Assembly (NCBI RefSeq): GCF_001194135.2
Contig: NC_068984.1
Location: forward strand, 107,902,946-107,966,265
Length of the DNA: 63,320 nucleotides
DNA from: Octopus bimaculoides
Taxonomy: Eukaryota
Direction of reading: 5' to 3'
The translations under genes and the position numbers were made by a program. Below the pieces are notes generated by a model. That model did not search any database, was not told where the DNA came from, and worked only from the letters and a program-made list of their open reading frames with translations. Below, piece after piece: positions 1-11,229 of the stretch; the first letter of the stretch is position 1, and the number at the start of each line of letters is the position of its first letter.

Positions 1-27
1 ATATATATATATATATATATATAAAAT

Positions 28-200
28 TTCCCGGATCACTACCAAAATTTCATCATCTGTTCCTTGTGTTATTTCCAACTTTTCCTGCAAGTTTCATCAA
101 ATACCGTTCACAACTTTTTGAGTTATTTTGCACACAGACAGACAGACGGACAAACCAACGCCGATGAAAACATAACTTCCTTCCTTGGCGGAGGTAATAA
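28..200 (+). mobile_element. 3' end of a non-autonomous Helitron/Helentron-like (DINE/HINE-type) element
   Basis: Pattern '...aagtttcatcaaataccgttcacaactttttgagttattttgc-(acag)n-...aaaacataacttcc...ttggcggaggtaataa' resembles the microsatellite-plus-terminal-hairpin end of this class. Recognised by eye. Confidence 0.5.
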
Positions 201-1928
201 CTAACGAAAGATATATCAAATATGGTTATATTACTTTTATACTTTTTGACAAGAAAAACAACTCCGCTTTTATAAAGTTTACATATATTTGATGTTAACC
301 TATGAATAGTAGCATGCGATATTTCACACCTTAAATGAATTCAAGGACAATAGCGTGCAATAGCTAAACAGCTTAGCATATAGGTATCAATTCAATTGTT
401 GTAGACACTAGCAAATGCAAACGACAAAAGTTGTAACGATAGTAAAAGGTAACAAGAAAGGACAGTATTCTAATTGCAGTTGACTTATTGTTTACAGGGG
501 AGCGGTAGAGGATAAGATATTATAATGGTTTATATCGAGAAGAATCAACAACACGAACATGATTAACCAGTAACTCTGGATTGGCGTGCTTTCTTCTATT
601 TAAAATTTAATGGATATATTTCTGCTAACGATAGGATTGGATATATACGATCTCACATATATGAAACCTTGTGACATGAAAGAGATATAATCTTCCTCGT
701 GGAGACTGAATTCAAATCTGATCGTAACAATCTAAATATTGTATTAAATTCAGTCGAATATTACACTCACTCTGCATATTAACCGTCCAAAACTAATAGC
801 AGCTATTTTCTTACCAAATTATAACATTCGATTTTCAGTACTTCTCTGTATATATTTTCTATGTATAAACTTCCCTTTTCCAAACTACTTTCGGCCGTTT
901 ACGGTCGCTGTCAATATTTATGTATAAAATTATGTACGTTAACTCCAGCATCTGAGCACTTTAGCTCTTATTTCTAGCATTGTAGTTGTTCTGACACGTT
1001 CTGTCATATTTAATGACAATTGTAGTTTTCCTTTTTGGTGGTACATTGCTAAACAGCTGATTAATTTAATTGTGTGTGTGTGTGTGTGTNNNNNNNNNNN
1101 NNNNNNNNNNNNNNNNNNNNNNNNNNNNNNNNNNNNNNNNNNNNNNNNNNNNNNNNNNNNNNNNNNNNNNNNNNNNNNNNNNNNNNNNNNNNNNNNNNNN
1201 NNNNNNNNNNNNNNNNNNNNNNNNNNNNNNNNNNNNNNNNNNNNNNNNNNNNNNNNNNNNNNNNNNNNNNNNNNNNNNNNNNNNNNNNNNNNNNNNNNNN
1301 NNNNNNNNNNNNNNNNNNNNNNNNNNNNNNNNNNNNNNNNNNNNNNNNNNNNNNNNNNNNNNNNNNNNNNNNNNNNNNNNNNNNNNNNNNNNNNNNNNNN
1401 NNNNNNNNNNNNNNNNNNNNNNNNNNNNNNNNNNNNNNNNNNNNNNNNNNNNNNNNNNNNNNNNNNNNNNNNNNNNNNNNNNNNNNNNNNNNNNNNNNNN
1501 NNNNNNNNNNNNNNNNNNNNNNNNNNNNNNNNNNNNNNNNNNNNNNNNNNNNNNNNNNNNNNNNNNNNNNNNNNNNNNNNNNNNNNNNNNNNNNNNNNNN
1601 NNNNNNNNNNNNNNNNNNNNNNNNNNNNNNNNNNNNNNNNNNNNNNNNNNNNNNNNNNNNNNNNNNNNNNNNNNNNNNNNNNNNNNNNNNNNNNNNNNNN
1701 NNNNNNNNNNNNNNNNNNNNNNNNNNNNNNNNNNNNNNNNNNNNNNNNNNNNNNNNNNNNNNNNNNNNNNNNNNNNNNNNNNNNNNNNNNNNNNNNNNNN
1801 NNNNNGAAAGGGCGCGCGCCGGGGAAGCGGCCGTACGTGGCGGGAACAGCTCGCCTTTCGTTCTCGCTTCTGCTTCTGCTTCCGGCCCGACTAGCGAGCG
1901 CGCGCCGCTCGATCCTCCGTCTCCCGCA

Positions 1929-2130
1929 ATGCCAGACCGTCATCGCTGCGACACGCCACGGAGCAGCCGACAGCTGCAGCAGCAGGGAACGCACCGTCCG
2001 CCGTTCGTGCGCACTCTTCTGCCTGCCGCCCTCGCCGTCGTTGCCTCCTCTTCCTCCTCCGTGGCGGCCGCCGCCGCCGCCGTCTACTTCTTCGGTCGGC
2101 GTTCGCTCTGTGGATCTCGTTTTCACAAAG
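1929..2130 (+). CDS. Speculative first coding exon of the VWC-ShK gene, inside a GC/CpG-rich island
   Basis: ATG at 1929 opens MPDRHRC...FVRTLLPAALAVVASSSSSVAAAAAAVYFFGRRSLCGSRFHK. A weak donor AAG|GTGTCA at 2130/2131 is phase 1, matching the next exon. The donor is non-consensus and the match may be chance. Confidence 0.15.
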
Positions 2131-2503
2131 GTGTCATTAATATCACATTTGAAAATCGAAACGAAAAGGGTTTGACATTTCGGACATAGTACTCTTCATC
2201 CAAAAACGAAAAGAAAGGAAGATAAAGAAGGAAGTTAGGAGCCGGGTGGGAGGCATAGGGAAATCAAGAAAGAAAAAAATCGGAGGAGGGAAAATGTGAC
2301 GAAGGAAGGAAAGGGAACTGAGAAAGATGACCACCAGAACTCGGGTTCAAGTACAAAGCAGTCACGAAATTGCATTTGACCGATAACTGATGAGGATTTG
2401 GTGACCTGTGTTTGTTTTCCGTATATTTGTGCATCTATTGTGTTTTTTAACTGTTTACTATTATTATATATATATATATACATATGTATGCAAGTATGTA
2501 TGG

Positions 2504-2534
<31 letters not shown>

Positions 2535-3387
2535 TGTATGTATGTATGTATGTACGTATGTATGTATGTATGCATGTATGTATGTATGTATGCATGTATT
2601 TACGTACATCAATTCGTAGTGGTATCAGTATGTGCGTTAGTGTTATATTCCAAACGCTATTTTTCTTTTCTTTTTTTTTTTTTTNNNNNNNNNNTTTTTT
2701 TTTTTTTTTTTTTGTTAATCTTTGAACAAAGGTACGAATTATAAAGATCGAACAACTTTTTTTCCCTGAGTTTACTAGAAGGATACGTTTATCATTCATA
2801 TATTGATCTAAATACTTTATTATCAATTCTAAAAAATTATTTAAAATATAAAAGAAAATCTTTTGGGTAAAGAATCGGCTTTTCTGTCGCTATTTTTAGC
2901 GCAGATATTAACGAAGTTGCATTAGTAGATGATAGCAAATCGGTTGGTTGAACACAAACCATAATTATTACTGATTAAATATACTATTGATCAGAATGAA
3001 TAATAAAATAGTATTGATATATATGTTTATTAATATCATTATTCAGATGGTTGCATATAAGTATACATATATATATACGCAAAGATACATACGCGTACAT
3101 ACACATATAAATACATACATATGCTTGTATGTGTTTGTACATGTATGTATATCAGTGTATATATATAGATATTATATACGTGTGTATTTATATATATGTG
3201 TGTGTGTGTGTGTGCATGTATGTACCTATGTATGTGCGTATACGTAAATGTATTTTTATGTGTATTACGTGCATGAATATATGTGGATGTACATAAATAC
3301 ATATGTGTGTGCATATATGTGTGTGCGTGTGTGTGTATGTAAACATATATACATGTATATTTTTTTCGTATTAATATCTTTATACAG

Positions 3388-3502
3388 ATGGTTGCGTCTT
3401 CGCTGGAAAGCATTACAATGAGGGTGAGAAATGGAGAGATGGATGCAAATATTTCTGTGAGTGTTCCGATGGAAAGAGAGGAATATATATTTGTAAAGAA
3501 AG
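3388..3502 (+). CDS. VWC-ShK gene exon A (VWC1, first half): DGCVFAGKHYNEGEKWRDGCKYFCECSDGKRGIYICKER
   Basis: Acceptor tctttatacag|AT, donor AG|gtaaat, 115 nt, phase 1 to 2. Contains the C-x-x-x-G-x-x-Y-x-x-G-x-x-W-x-D-G-C-x3-C-x-C VWC pattern. Confidence 0.92.
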
Positions 3503-3715
3503 GTAAATTATACACATAAGAATCGTTATCCTTCCAATTATTTCCTTTTCCTTCTCGAGCTTGTTCGACTTTTTATTAACTTAAAATGATATTGACTACT
3601 AGACTATTCTAGTACACAGTTGAAACTTTTTTAACGTTAAATAACAAACTCTATTCCTACCATTTCACTGATTTATGCGCAACTAACAACACAGTCCTCA
3701 TATATTAAATGCTTT

Positions 3716-3756
<41 letters not shown>

Positions 3757-3757
<1 letters not shown>

Positions 3758-5240
3758 GGAACTTGAGCAGGAACAAACCTATAAATGCCTAGGAATAAAT
3801 GAAGGCTCTGGTATCCAGCATGCAAGCATGAAAGAGAAGGTTAGGAAGGAATGTTATAGAAGAGTTCGAGCAGTTCTGAAGTCTGAGTTGAATGCTTATA
3901 ATAAGGTGTTAGCCATAAATTCCTTAGCAGTCCCAGTTGTTCTTTATAGCTTCAATGTGCTTAACTGGAATACCAGTGAAATAGTCAAAATTGATAGAAA
4001 AATCCGCAAGCTACTGACTTGTAATAATATGCACCATCCAAAGGCAGACGTGGATCGTCTTTACCTTCCCAGAGCTCAGGGAGGTCGAGGCTTGATCCAG
4101 CTTGAACTTACGTACAAAACCACCACAATCGAACTGGCCAAATACCTTGAAACAACCAACGATTGGATGCNNNNNNNNNNNNNNNNNNNNNNNNNNNNNN
4201 NNNNNNNNNNNNNNNNNNNNNNNNNNNNNNNNNNNNNNNNNNNNNNNNNNNNNNNNNNNNNNNNNNNNNNNNNNNNNNNNNNNNNNNNNNNNNNNNNNNN
4301 NNNNNNNNNNNNNNNNNNNNNNNNNNNNNNNNNNNNNNNNNNNNNNNNNNNNNNNNNNNNNNNNNNNNNNNNNNNNNNNNNNNNNNNNNNNNNNNNNNNN
4401 NNNNNNNNNNNNNNNNNNNNNNNNNNNNNNNNNNNNNNNNNNNNNNNNNNNNNNNNNNNNNNNNNNNNNNNNNNNNNNNNNNNNNNNNNNNNNNNNNNNN
4501 NNNNNNNNNNNNNNNNNNNNNNNNNNNNNNNNNNNNNNNNNNNNNNNNNNNNNNNNNNNNNNNNNNNNNNNNNNNNNNNNNNNNNNNNNNNNNNNNNNNN
4601 NNNNNNNNNNNNNNNNNNNNNNNNNNNNNNNNNNNNNNNNNNNNNNNNNNNNNNNNNNNNNNNNNNNNNNNNNNNNNNNNNNNNNNNNNNNNNNNNNNNN
4701 NNNNNNNNNNNNNNNNNNNNNNNNNNNNNNNNNNNNNNNNNNNNNNNNNNNNNNNNNNNNNNNNNNNNNNNNNNNNNNNNNCAGACAAAGAAGACGTGTT
4801 TATTAATTGACATGAGTATTCCCTCTGATCATAATATAGCGGCGAAAGAATTTGACAAGATCAGTAAATATAAAGACTTGCTAATAGAAATTGAAAAAAT
4901 GTGGCACCTCAAGGCGACTACCATACCAGTGATTGTAGGATCTCTAGGAATGATAAAAAAAGGTACTGAAACCTATTTGAAAATGATACCAGGCTTACCA
5001 TCCCTACAGGAAGTGCAAAAATTCGTGCTAACTGGAACGACTTATGTACTGAGAAGAGCATTATCGCTGTGAAAACAACATCCATTCATGAATTTTTTTT
5101 TTTTCTTAAATACATGTTTTACCTGTGAATTTGCCTGTGTAAATTGGGAATGCATACAACGAGTTTCTCTGCCCTATGTGTACGGAAAACACTCTGCGAG
5201 AAATGTGAGAAAATTTGAAGAAAGAAGAAAAAAAAACAAC
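3757..5240 (+). mobile_element. 5'-truncated R4/Dong-clade non-LTR retrotransposon (RT C-terminus plus restriction-like endonuclease), gap inside
   Basis: Motifs HHPKADVDRLYLPRAQGGRGL and CLLIDMSIPSD...KYKDL...TIPVIVGSLG...EVQKFVLTGT..LRRALSL*. Flanked by (TAA)n on both sides. Confidence 0.88.
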
Positions 5241-5312
<72 letters not shown>

Positions 5313-5439
5313 GTAATAATAGGCACAAAGCCTGAAATTTGGGGCAGGATGGTGGCTAATGAAGGTAATTCAACCAGTGAAAATGATGAAGGCACTTCAG
5401 CTGGTGGAATGTGAAGGCAATCCAACGTCAATCCAGCTA

Positions 5440-6190
5440 TAAATACCTAGGAATACTGGTGAAATGATGAAGGCAATTCAACCTCAATCCAGCTATAACT
5501 AGCTGGGAATACTCGAGGCAGATGGAATCAAACACCATGACATGAAGGAAAAAACAAAAAGAGAATACCTGCGGCGAGTGAGAAAAATATTGGCTTCAAA
5601 GCTGAATGCTAGAAGCATAAATTTCGTTAATAAACTCGCGCACAGTCGCAGTAGTTCAGTATGGCGCTGGAATCCTAAAGTGGACAGAAGAGGAGCTAAA
5701 GGAGATGGACAGGAAGTCAAGAAAGCTCCTAACGTTGAATGGAGCCCATCATCTACGTGAGATACTGATATAGGCGTACATGAGGAGAGCAAATGGAGTA
5801 AGGGGACTGGTAAGTGTGGAAAACTGCATGCGTATCGAACTCGAGAGCTTAAGGAGATACCTAGCCCAAAGTAAGAAAACTTTACTAGTGACAGATAGGA
5901 ACAAGAAAGTTTTGAGATCAGAGAATAAAAGGAAAAACAAAGGAAGAAGTATAAAAAGGACATGAAGAAGAAATACGCAAGAAGGGACTACACAATTAAT
6001 TCCATGCAGCCACAACAGAAGTTGCTGGAAAATAGGTGGGATTGGCTGATGAAAGAAACCTTAGAAAAAAAAAGAGGCCGAGAGATCTATACTGGCAGCG
6101 CAGGACCAAGCATCCAACCTGGGGATTGTGAAAATGTTTCCGCTGTGCAGCATCTGCAATAGAGTGGATGAAACCATTACCCATATCCCG
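5440..6190 (+). mobile_element. Decayed R4/Dong-like fragment
   Basis: YKYLGILE and MKEKTKREYLRRVRKILASKLNAR, then a frameshifted GGRGL.SVENC-type segment. Confidence 0.75.
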
Positions 6191-6212
6191 AATGAATGAG
6201 GAGGAGGAAGGG

Positions 6213-6298
6213 AGGAGGGGGAGTCGTGAGGAGGGGGAGTCGTGAGGAGAGGGAGTCGTGAGGAGGGGAGTCGTGAGGAGGGGGAGTCGTGAGGAGGA
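6213..6298 (+). repeat. G-rich ~16-bp minisatellite (gaggagggggagtcgt), about 5 copies
   Basis: Tandem copies visible directly in the sequence. Confidence 0.85.
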
Positions 6299-6469
6299 AG
6301 GAGGATTTGTACACTGTCAAGACTCCATTTTAAAGTTAGATTTCAGTACTGCATTGTACAAGAACGCAACACATTTCCAATAAAAACACAATTTGTATTT
6401 TGGCTTCTTAATAACAATGGTTTCTTAATTAATATGAATACCTTACTTTAATATGGGATGCAATCAGAT

Positions 6470-7200
6470 TATATGACATTCGTACGAGAATACTAGTAGC
6501 AGAAGTATAGGGAAATTACTCAAACTATATTTCAAGGTTTGGCAGGGTTCTGCAGCAAAATTCGGTCTGTTTCTCGATACGAAGAAGACTGGATTTATGA
6601 CTATCATTGAAGATGAAAGCTGCCAGCCAAATTGTTTCATCAATGACAGGCAACTGAAGGACATCAATGAGTTCAAACACTGAGTTGTTGACAGTATGTT
6701 GACAGTATGAAAGACTCCCTTTCACACAACGGATATGCTAGGGCTGCCAGTAACAAGTTTTAAAGCGTCTGACAATCGAGAATTTCAGAATCAACAAGGC
6801 TTGTTTTATTCAGTGAGTCTATAGTGAACATTCTTGTTTATGGAGCAGAAAACTGAACTATGCAGAAGAAACTGCTTTGGTGCTATGTACACTAACCTTA
6901 TTATCAGCGCTCAAAACATCTCATGGCATGAGCATCAGACCAAAGAGATTTGTAGACACATATAACTCATTATTATTGCTCAATGCAGGGTAGGCTTTAT
7001 TGGCCACTACTATCATACTGAACAACGGAACATATCAGATGTTATATTTTGTGGGCTTCCGCACTGTAACAGAGATACACAGCAAGAGATTGAGTGTCTA
7101 CTATAGCTAATGGAAGACAGAGACGCCTGGCACAATGTTGTGAGACGTATCTCAAGTGCGGCTGTTTGGAACAAAAGCTTAAAAAAGGTGTCCATGTTTG
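6470..7200 (+). mobile_element. Decayed RTE-clade LINE, RT C-terminal region
   Basis: AAKFGLFLDTKKTGFM (cf. GLKINxKKTKxM), NILVYGAEN (cf. LLYGxETW), AQNISWHEHQT, with stops and frameshifts. Confidence 0.7.
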
Positions 7201-7739
7201 GTTTCTTTGCTTTAGTTACTTAGTAAGTTAAAATAGCTTCAACTAGAAATGAAAATATGTAAATTGCGTTAGAGAATTTTTGTGCTTCATGCTCAAAAAG
7301 TAATTTAGATTACTTTTAACTTGGTGCAAATTAAAATTTTGCTCAAGAAGAAGTGGAAGTTACTAAATCTATTCCAGGTATTTGCATGGCTGCTTACCGG
7401 TTCTAGAAGGATAAAAGGCAAAGTTTGATGAACCACACAACAAAATTTTAATGCAGATTTCAGAGCGACGTGGCTAAATATTGTAAAATACTTAACTCGG
7501 TCATTTATACTGATTATAAAAAGATATTTTTAAGGCAGTATCTGGTTTAAAATCCCAACCAGGTTCTTAGATGTGACGGTAGATTAGCAGAATTGTTAGC
7601 GCTCCGGAAAAAAGTGCCTTGCGTTGTTTCGTTACGGCTTTTTACTGTTTGTGTTCAAATTCAAATCGGGGACGACTTTGCTTTCGTCCCCCTGGCACCG
7701 TTAAAATATAAAAAATACCTACCATTAGCTTTGGTAGAT

Positions 7740-7925
7740 ATGTTTCATGTTGTGTCTCTGCTCAAAACATCAATGTAACTGAGTGATCCTCATCGTTAGC
7801 TATGTCCAGCAAAGCTAACCGAGCGCTGAACAACAACAGTAAAAACCGATAGAATGAGTCGATAAATCTCCTCGCTGCTCTTGTGCTCATGCCACGATGT
7901 GTCTTGAGCCCTCATGAGAAACCAC
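7740..7925 (-). mobile_element. Decayed RTE LINE fragment, inverted relative to 6470-7200
   Basis: LMRAQDTSWHEHKSSEEIYRLI...QRSVSFAGH is homologous to the + strand copy. Confidence 0.65.
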
Positions 7926-8284
7926 TTGAGTACATTTAATCGACTAAGACACATCCCCAAAATTTCAATTCGTGTGTTTAATTTAGAAATAGTGGCGGTC
8001 AGGAGGCAGAACCGTTCGAGCATCAGAAAAAATCTATTTCGCTATTTGTTCTGGAATCTTACGTACTTAGTAAAAAATATTACGGAAGTCGATTTTACCT
8101 TTCATCTTTTCAAAGTTGTATAAAATTAAGTATACATACAAAATATACAATCGTTCTTAAAACTGGAAAAATTTCCGAAATCCTAAATACTTTCGACCTC
8201 AAACATTTTGAATAAATGACTATGAAATGAAAATGTGACGTCATGTTATGATGACTTACGCAGTATTTTCTCTTCTGCATACAG

Positions 8285-8412
8285 GTGTACAAATTTGGGA
8301 GTGATACCAAGTCACTGTGGTGTAATAAATGATCCTCATGATGACTGTTGCCGACAAATGGTCTGCACAAACATCACAGAGATAATTTCACGTACAACAC
8401 CAGCGGCTCTAG
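8285..8412 (+). CDS. VWC-ShK gene exon B (VWC1 second half plus linker): RCTNLGVIPSHCGVINDPHDDCCRQMVCTNITEIISRTTPAALG
   Basis: Acceptor ttctcttctgcatacag|G, donor AG|gtaagt, 128 nt, phase 2 to 1. Carries the C..C..CC..C that completes the VWC. Confidence 0.92.
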
Positions 8413-9663
8413 GTAAGTTTTCGTATTATAAAGCATATTTTGCTCTCGCATTACCATTTATATATAATAATCTAAAGAAATCATTGCCATTCATCTGGAA
8501 AGTTACTATCAAGCACAAAATATAACCTGTGTATTATTTCATTTGCTGGCATATTGATAGAACAGCAAGGTTGAGTTTAATCAGAAGGAAAAGAAACTGT
8601 GTAAAACTATTTTTATAAAGCTATTTTTGTAAGGTTTTTATATAGAAATTTCTACAGAGGTTCCTATTATAAAAAGTCACTCTTCTGTTATCATTACACA
8701 CAACACCAGTAATTGTCGTTTGCTTCATACTATTTGCTTGTTTCAGATATTATTAAGCAAACAGTATCACTTATATGGAAAACTACAAAAGATATTACGA
8801 AAGATATAGATTATCTACATTTCATTTAATGACAACGTGTAGAGAAGCTTAAAATTTACAGACATTTGAGCAATCATATCTTTATGAAGATCCTATTTAT
8901 AAAAGATATATTTATGAAAGATACTTTTATAAAAAATAGTTTTATAGAAGCTAGTTTTATAGAAGATAACTCTACAGAAGATAACTTTATGAAAAAAAGA
9001 TCTGTACAAAATACCTTTATAAAAAATGCCTTTAAAGAAGATAACTTTATTTTAAAAAAGTGCCTTTATAAAAAATAACTTTCTAAAATATAGTTTTATG
9101 AAAAAAATACCTTTGTAAAAAAAATACCTTCATAGAAGATAATTTTATAAAAATAGCTTCATAAAAGCTGACTTCACAAATTCTCTTTTATTTCTAAAGT
9201 AATACTTTTTGATGTTTTTAATAATCAGGAGGTACAGATTGGAAGAGTCGCTAGAGCGTTGAATAGAATTATAAAAGTATTTGTTTGGCTTTCTGCGCTC
9301 AGAGTTCACATCCTGCCGAGGTTGCCCTTATCTTTCATTCTTTCGGATTCGATAAAAATAGGTGGTACCTGTTCTTGTCCTTTGCGTTCTCGCAGAGACT
9401 CCTGCAACGTCATCGTTGCTGAAGTGTATCGGTTTTAAGGTGACGGCCTTTCATTTTGTGTCGTAGGAAAGGAGACACTTTCACGCAGGGGTAACTGCCA
9501 ATCGCTCGCATACAAATAGGTAAATAGGCCTGCGCAATGTGTGCAGATACATAGCCTCAATAATCATGAAACACGTTAAAAGGATTCTGAAATCAACACT
9601 TAGTCTATACATATGTATACTTGTAGAAAGAGGGATCTTAAGGGATTAAAAAAAATAAAACCG

Positions 9664-9892
9664 TCTAAGTACAAACTATAAATATAAAAACATAATCATT
9701 AGAACGTCGGACAAAATACCTGAAGCGTATTGGTTTCGGCTCTTTATGCTCTGAGTAGTTGAAATTCTGCCGAGGCCGACTTTGCCTTTCGTCCCTTTCA
9801 GGGACGATAGAATAAGTACATGTGAAGCACTGGAGTCGATATAGTCGACAAGTTACCTCTCCCTAAAATTCTGATCTTGTGCCTATAATAAA
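9664..9892 (+). repeat. 229-bp direct repeat copy 1 (SINE remnant plus flank); copy 2 at 10829-11057
   Basis: The two copies differ at only 3 positions by eye and share the flanking non-SINE sequence. Confidence 0.9.
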
Positions 9893-9914
9893 AAGTATGA
9901 ACATTATTATTACT

Positions 9915-10340
9915 ATTCAGTGAGTGATTAGTGAATGCCATCACTCACGCTGGGGTGCAAATATATCAAGCCAATACATACATCATGACTACCCGTCTGG
10001 TAAGGGTATACTAGGCACATACATCACAACCATATGTATATGACATGGTGATCTCATATCAAGATACACAGTGCATGACTTTGCAGGTGGAGCTCATTTA
10101 GAATTTTCTTCAGGTCGTGTAGCCCATTCCTGAATAAGTTTTGTTTAAGGATGTTAAACGAAACACCTATGTTTCCAGGACTGAATGGCTCACACCCCAA
10201 AGAATTCCTTTCAACACATGGTTATGATGGTCCCCCACTACTTCTACATGTGATCAGAGATGCACATATCGTCAACCACCAAAAGACATTCTCAATTGGT
10301 TAAAGTCAAGTAACTGGGCAGAATATTTGCTGTACATCCT
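9915..10340 (-). mobile_element. Non-coding repeat family bounded by (TAA)n; homologous to 43790-44330
   Basis: Shared blocks such as 'catgactacccgtctggtaagggta', 'gtttaaggatgttaaacgaaacacc' and 'gatcagagatgcacatatcgtca'. Orientation is inferred. Confidence 0.7.
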
Positions 10341-10367
10341 TATTATTATTATTATTATTATTATTAT

Positions 10368-10422
<55 letters not shown>

Positions 10423-10828
10423 CTTTCTTTGAATTTTGTTTCCATTTCTTGCCGAGTGCCTCCCCGACGCCAAGGGCAAAGAAACTCACTGTATACATTG
10501 GTAGGCCATTGAGATGAACACACAAGATTGTTCATGTGATAGAAGAAAAGGAAAAAAGAAAAAGAAAAGGGAAAGAAAGAAAGAAGGAGAAAAGTAAAAA
10601 AGATGAAAAAGATAAAAAGGAAACACCAGAAGAAAAAAAGGGAAAGATATCACAGCAACAAAGCTCTTCTCAGTACGGGTAACAAGTTAAAACGATGTTT
10701 TGTAATTCTTGCAGGGATGGTAAACCAGGGATAATTCTCAGATAGTTTTCATTTCCTTTTTTGATTATTCCAATCACTAGTATGTTATCACTAGGCTGCC
10801 ATATATTTGATTTTGCAAAGAACATTGT

Positions 10829-11057
10829 TCTAAGTACAAACTATAAATATAAAAACATAATCATTAGAACGTCGGACAAAATACCTGAAGCGTATTGGTT
10901 TCGGCTCTTTATGCTCTGAGTAGTTGAAATTCTGCCGAGGCCGACTTTGCCTTTCGTCCGTTTCAGGGACGATAAAATAAGTACATGTGAAGCACTGGAG
11001 TCGATATAGTCGACAAGTTACCTCTCCCTAAAATTCTGACCTTGTGCCTATAATAAA
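10829..11057 (+). repeat. 229-bp direct repeat copy 2
   Basis: Near-identical to 9664-9892. Confidence 0.9.
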
Positions 11058-11229
11058 TCACAAGTTTTAAAAGTAATTTAATAGTAATTTGATGATAGTA
11101 TGATGTTAAGATGACAGTAAAAGGTGTTTGCTATTATAGACATTTAAAAGTATTTTAACACTTTACAGATTAAAATGTTTTGGGGATTATATAGACAATA
11201 TTTTACGTAGTAGGATACTATAATTATTA

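Noticed and set aside
1806-2130. GC-rich block as an rRNA fragment
   Set aside because: No conserved 18S, 5.8S or 28S core motif recognised.
939-2189. Long ORFs of 274-395 aa, and similar ones at 13716-14925, 16456-17401, 28258-29405 and 59208-60790
   Set aside because: They are mostly N-gaps translated as X plus microsatellite translations; not real coding sequence.
2387-2410. CTGATGAG as a hammerhead core
   Set aside because: No stem II or GAAA follows.
2235-3247. YIHT/VCMY/CVCV/IIII/LSLS-type ORFs throughout the window
   Set aside because: Translations of (TATG)n, (TG)n, (TAA)n and (CT)n repeats.
8866-9078. Pentapeptide-repeat protein ORF
   Set aside because: Short, non-ATG start, intronic, no splice signals; better explained as a degenerate minisatellite.
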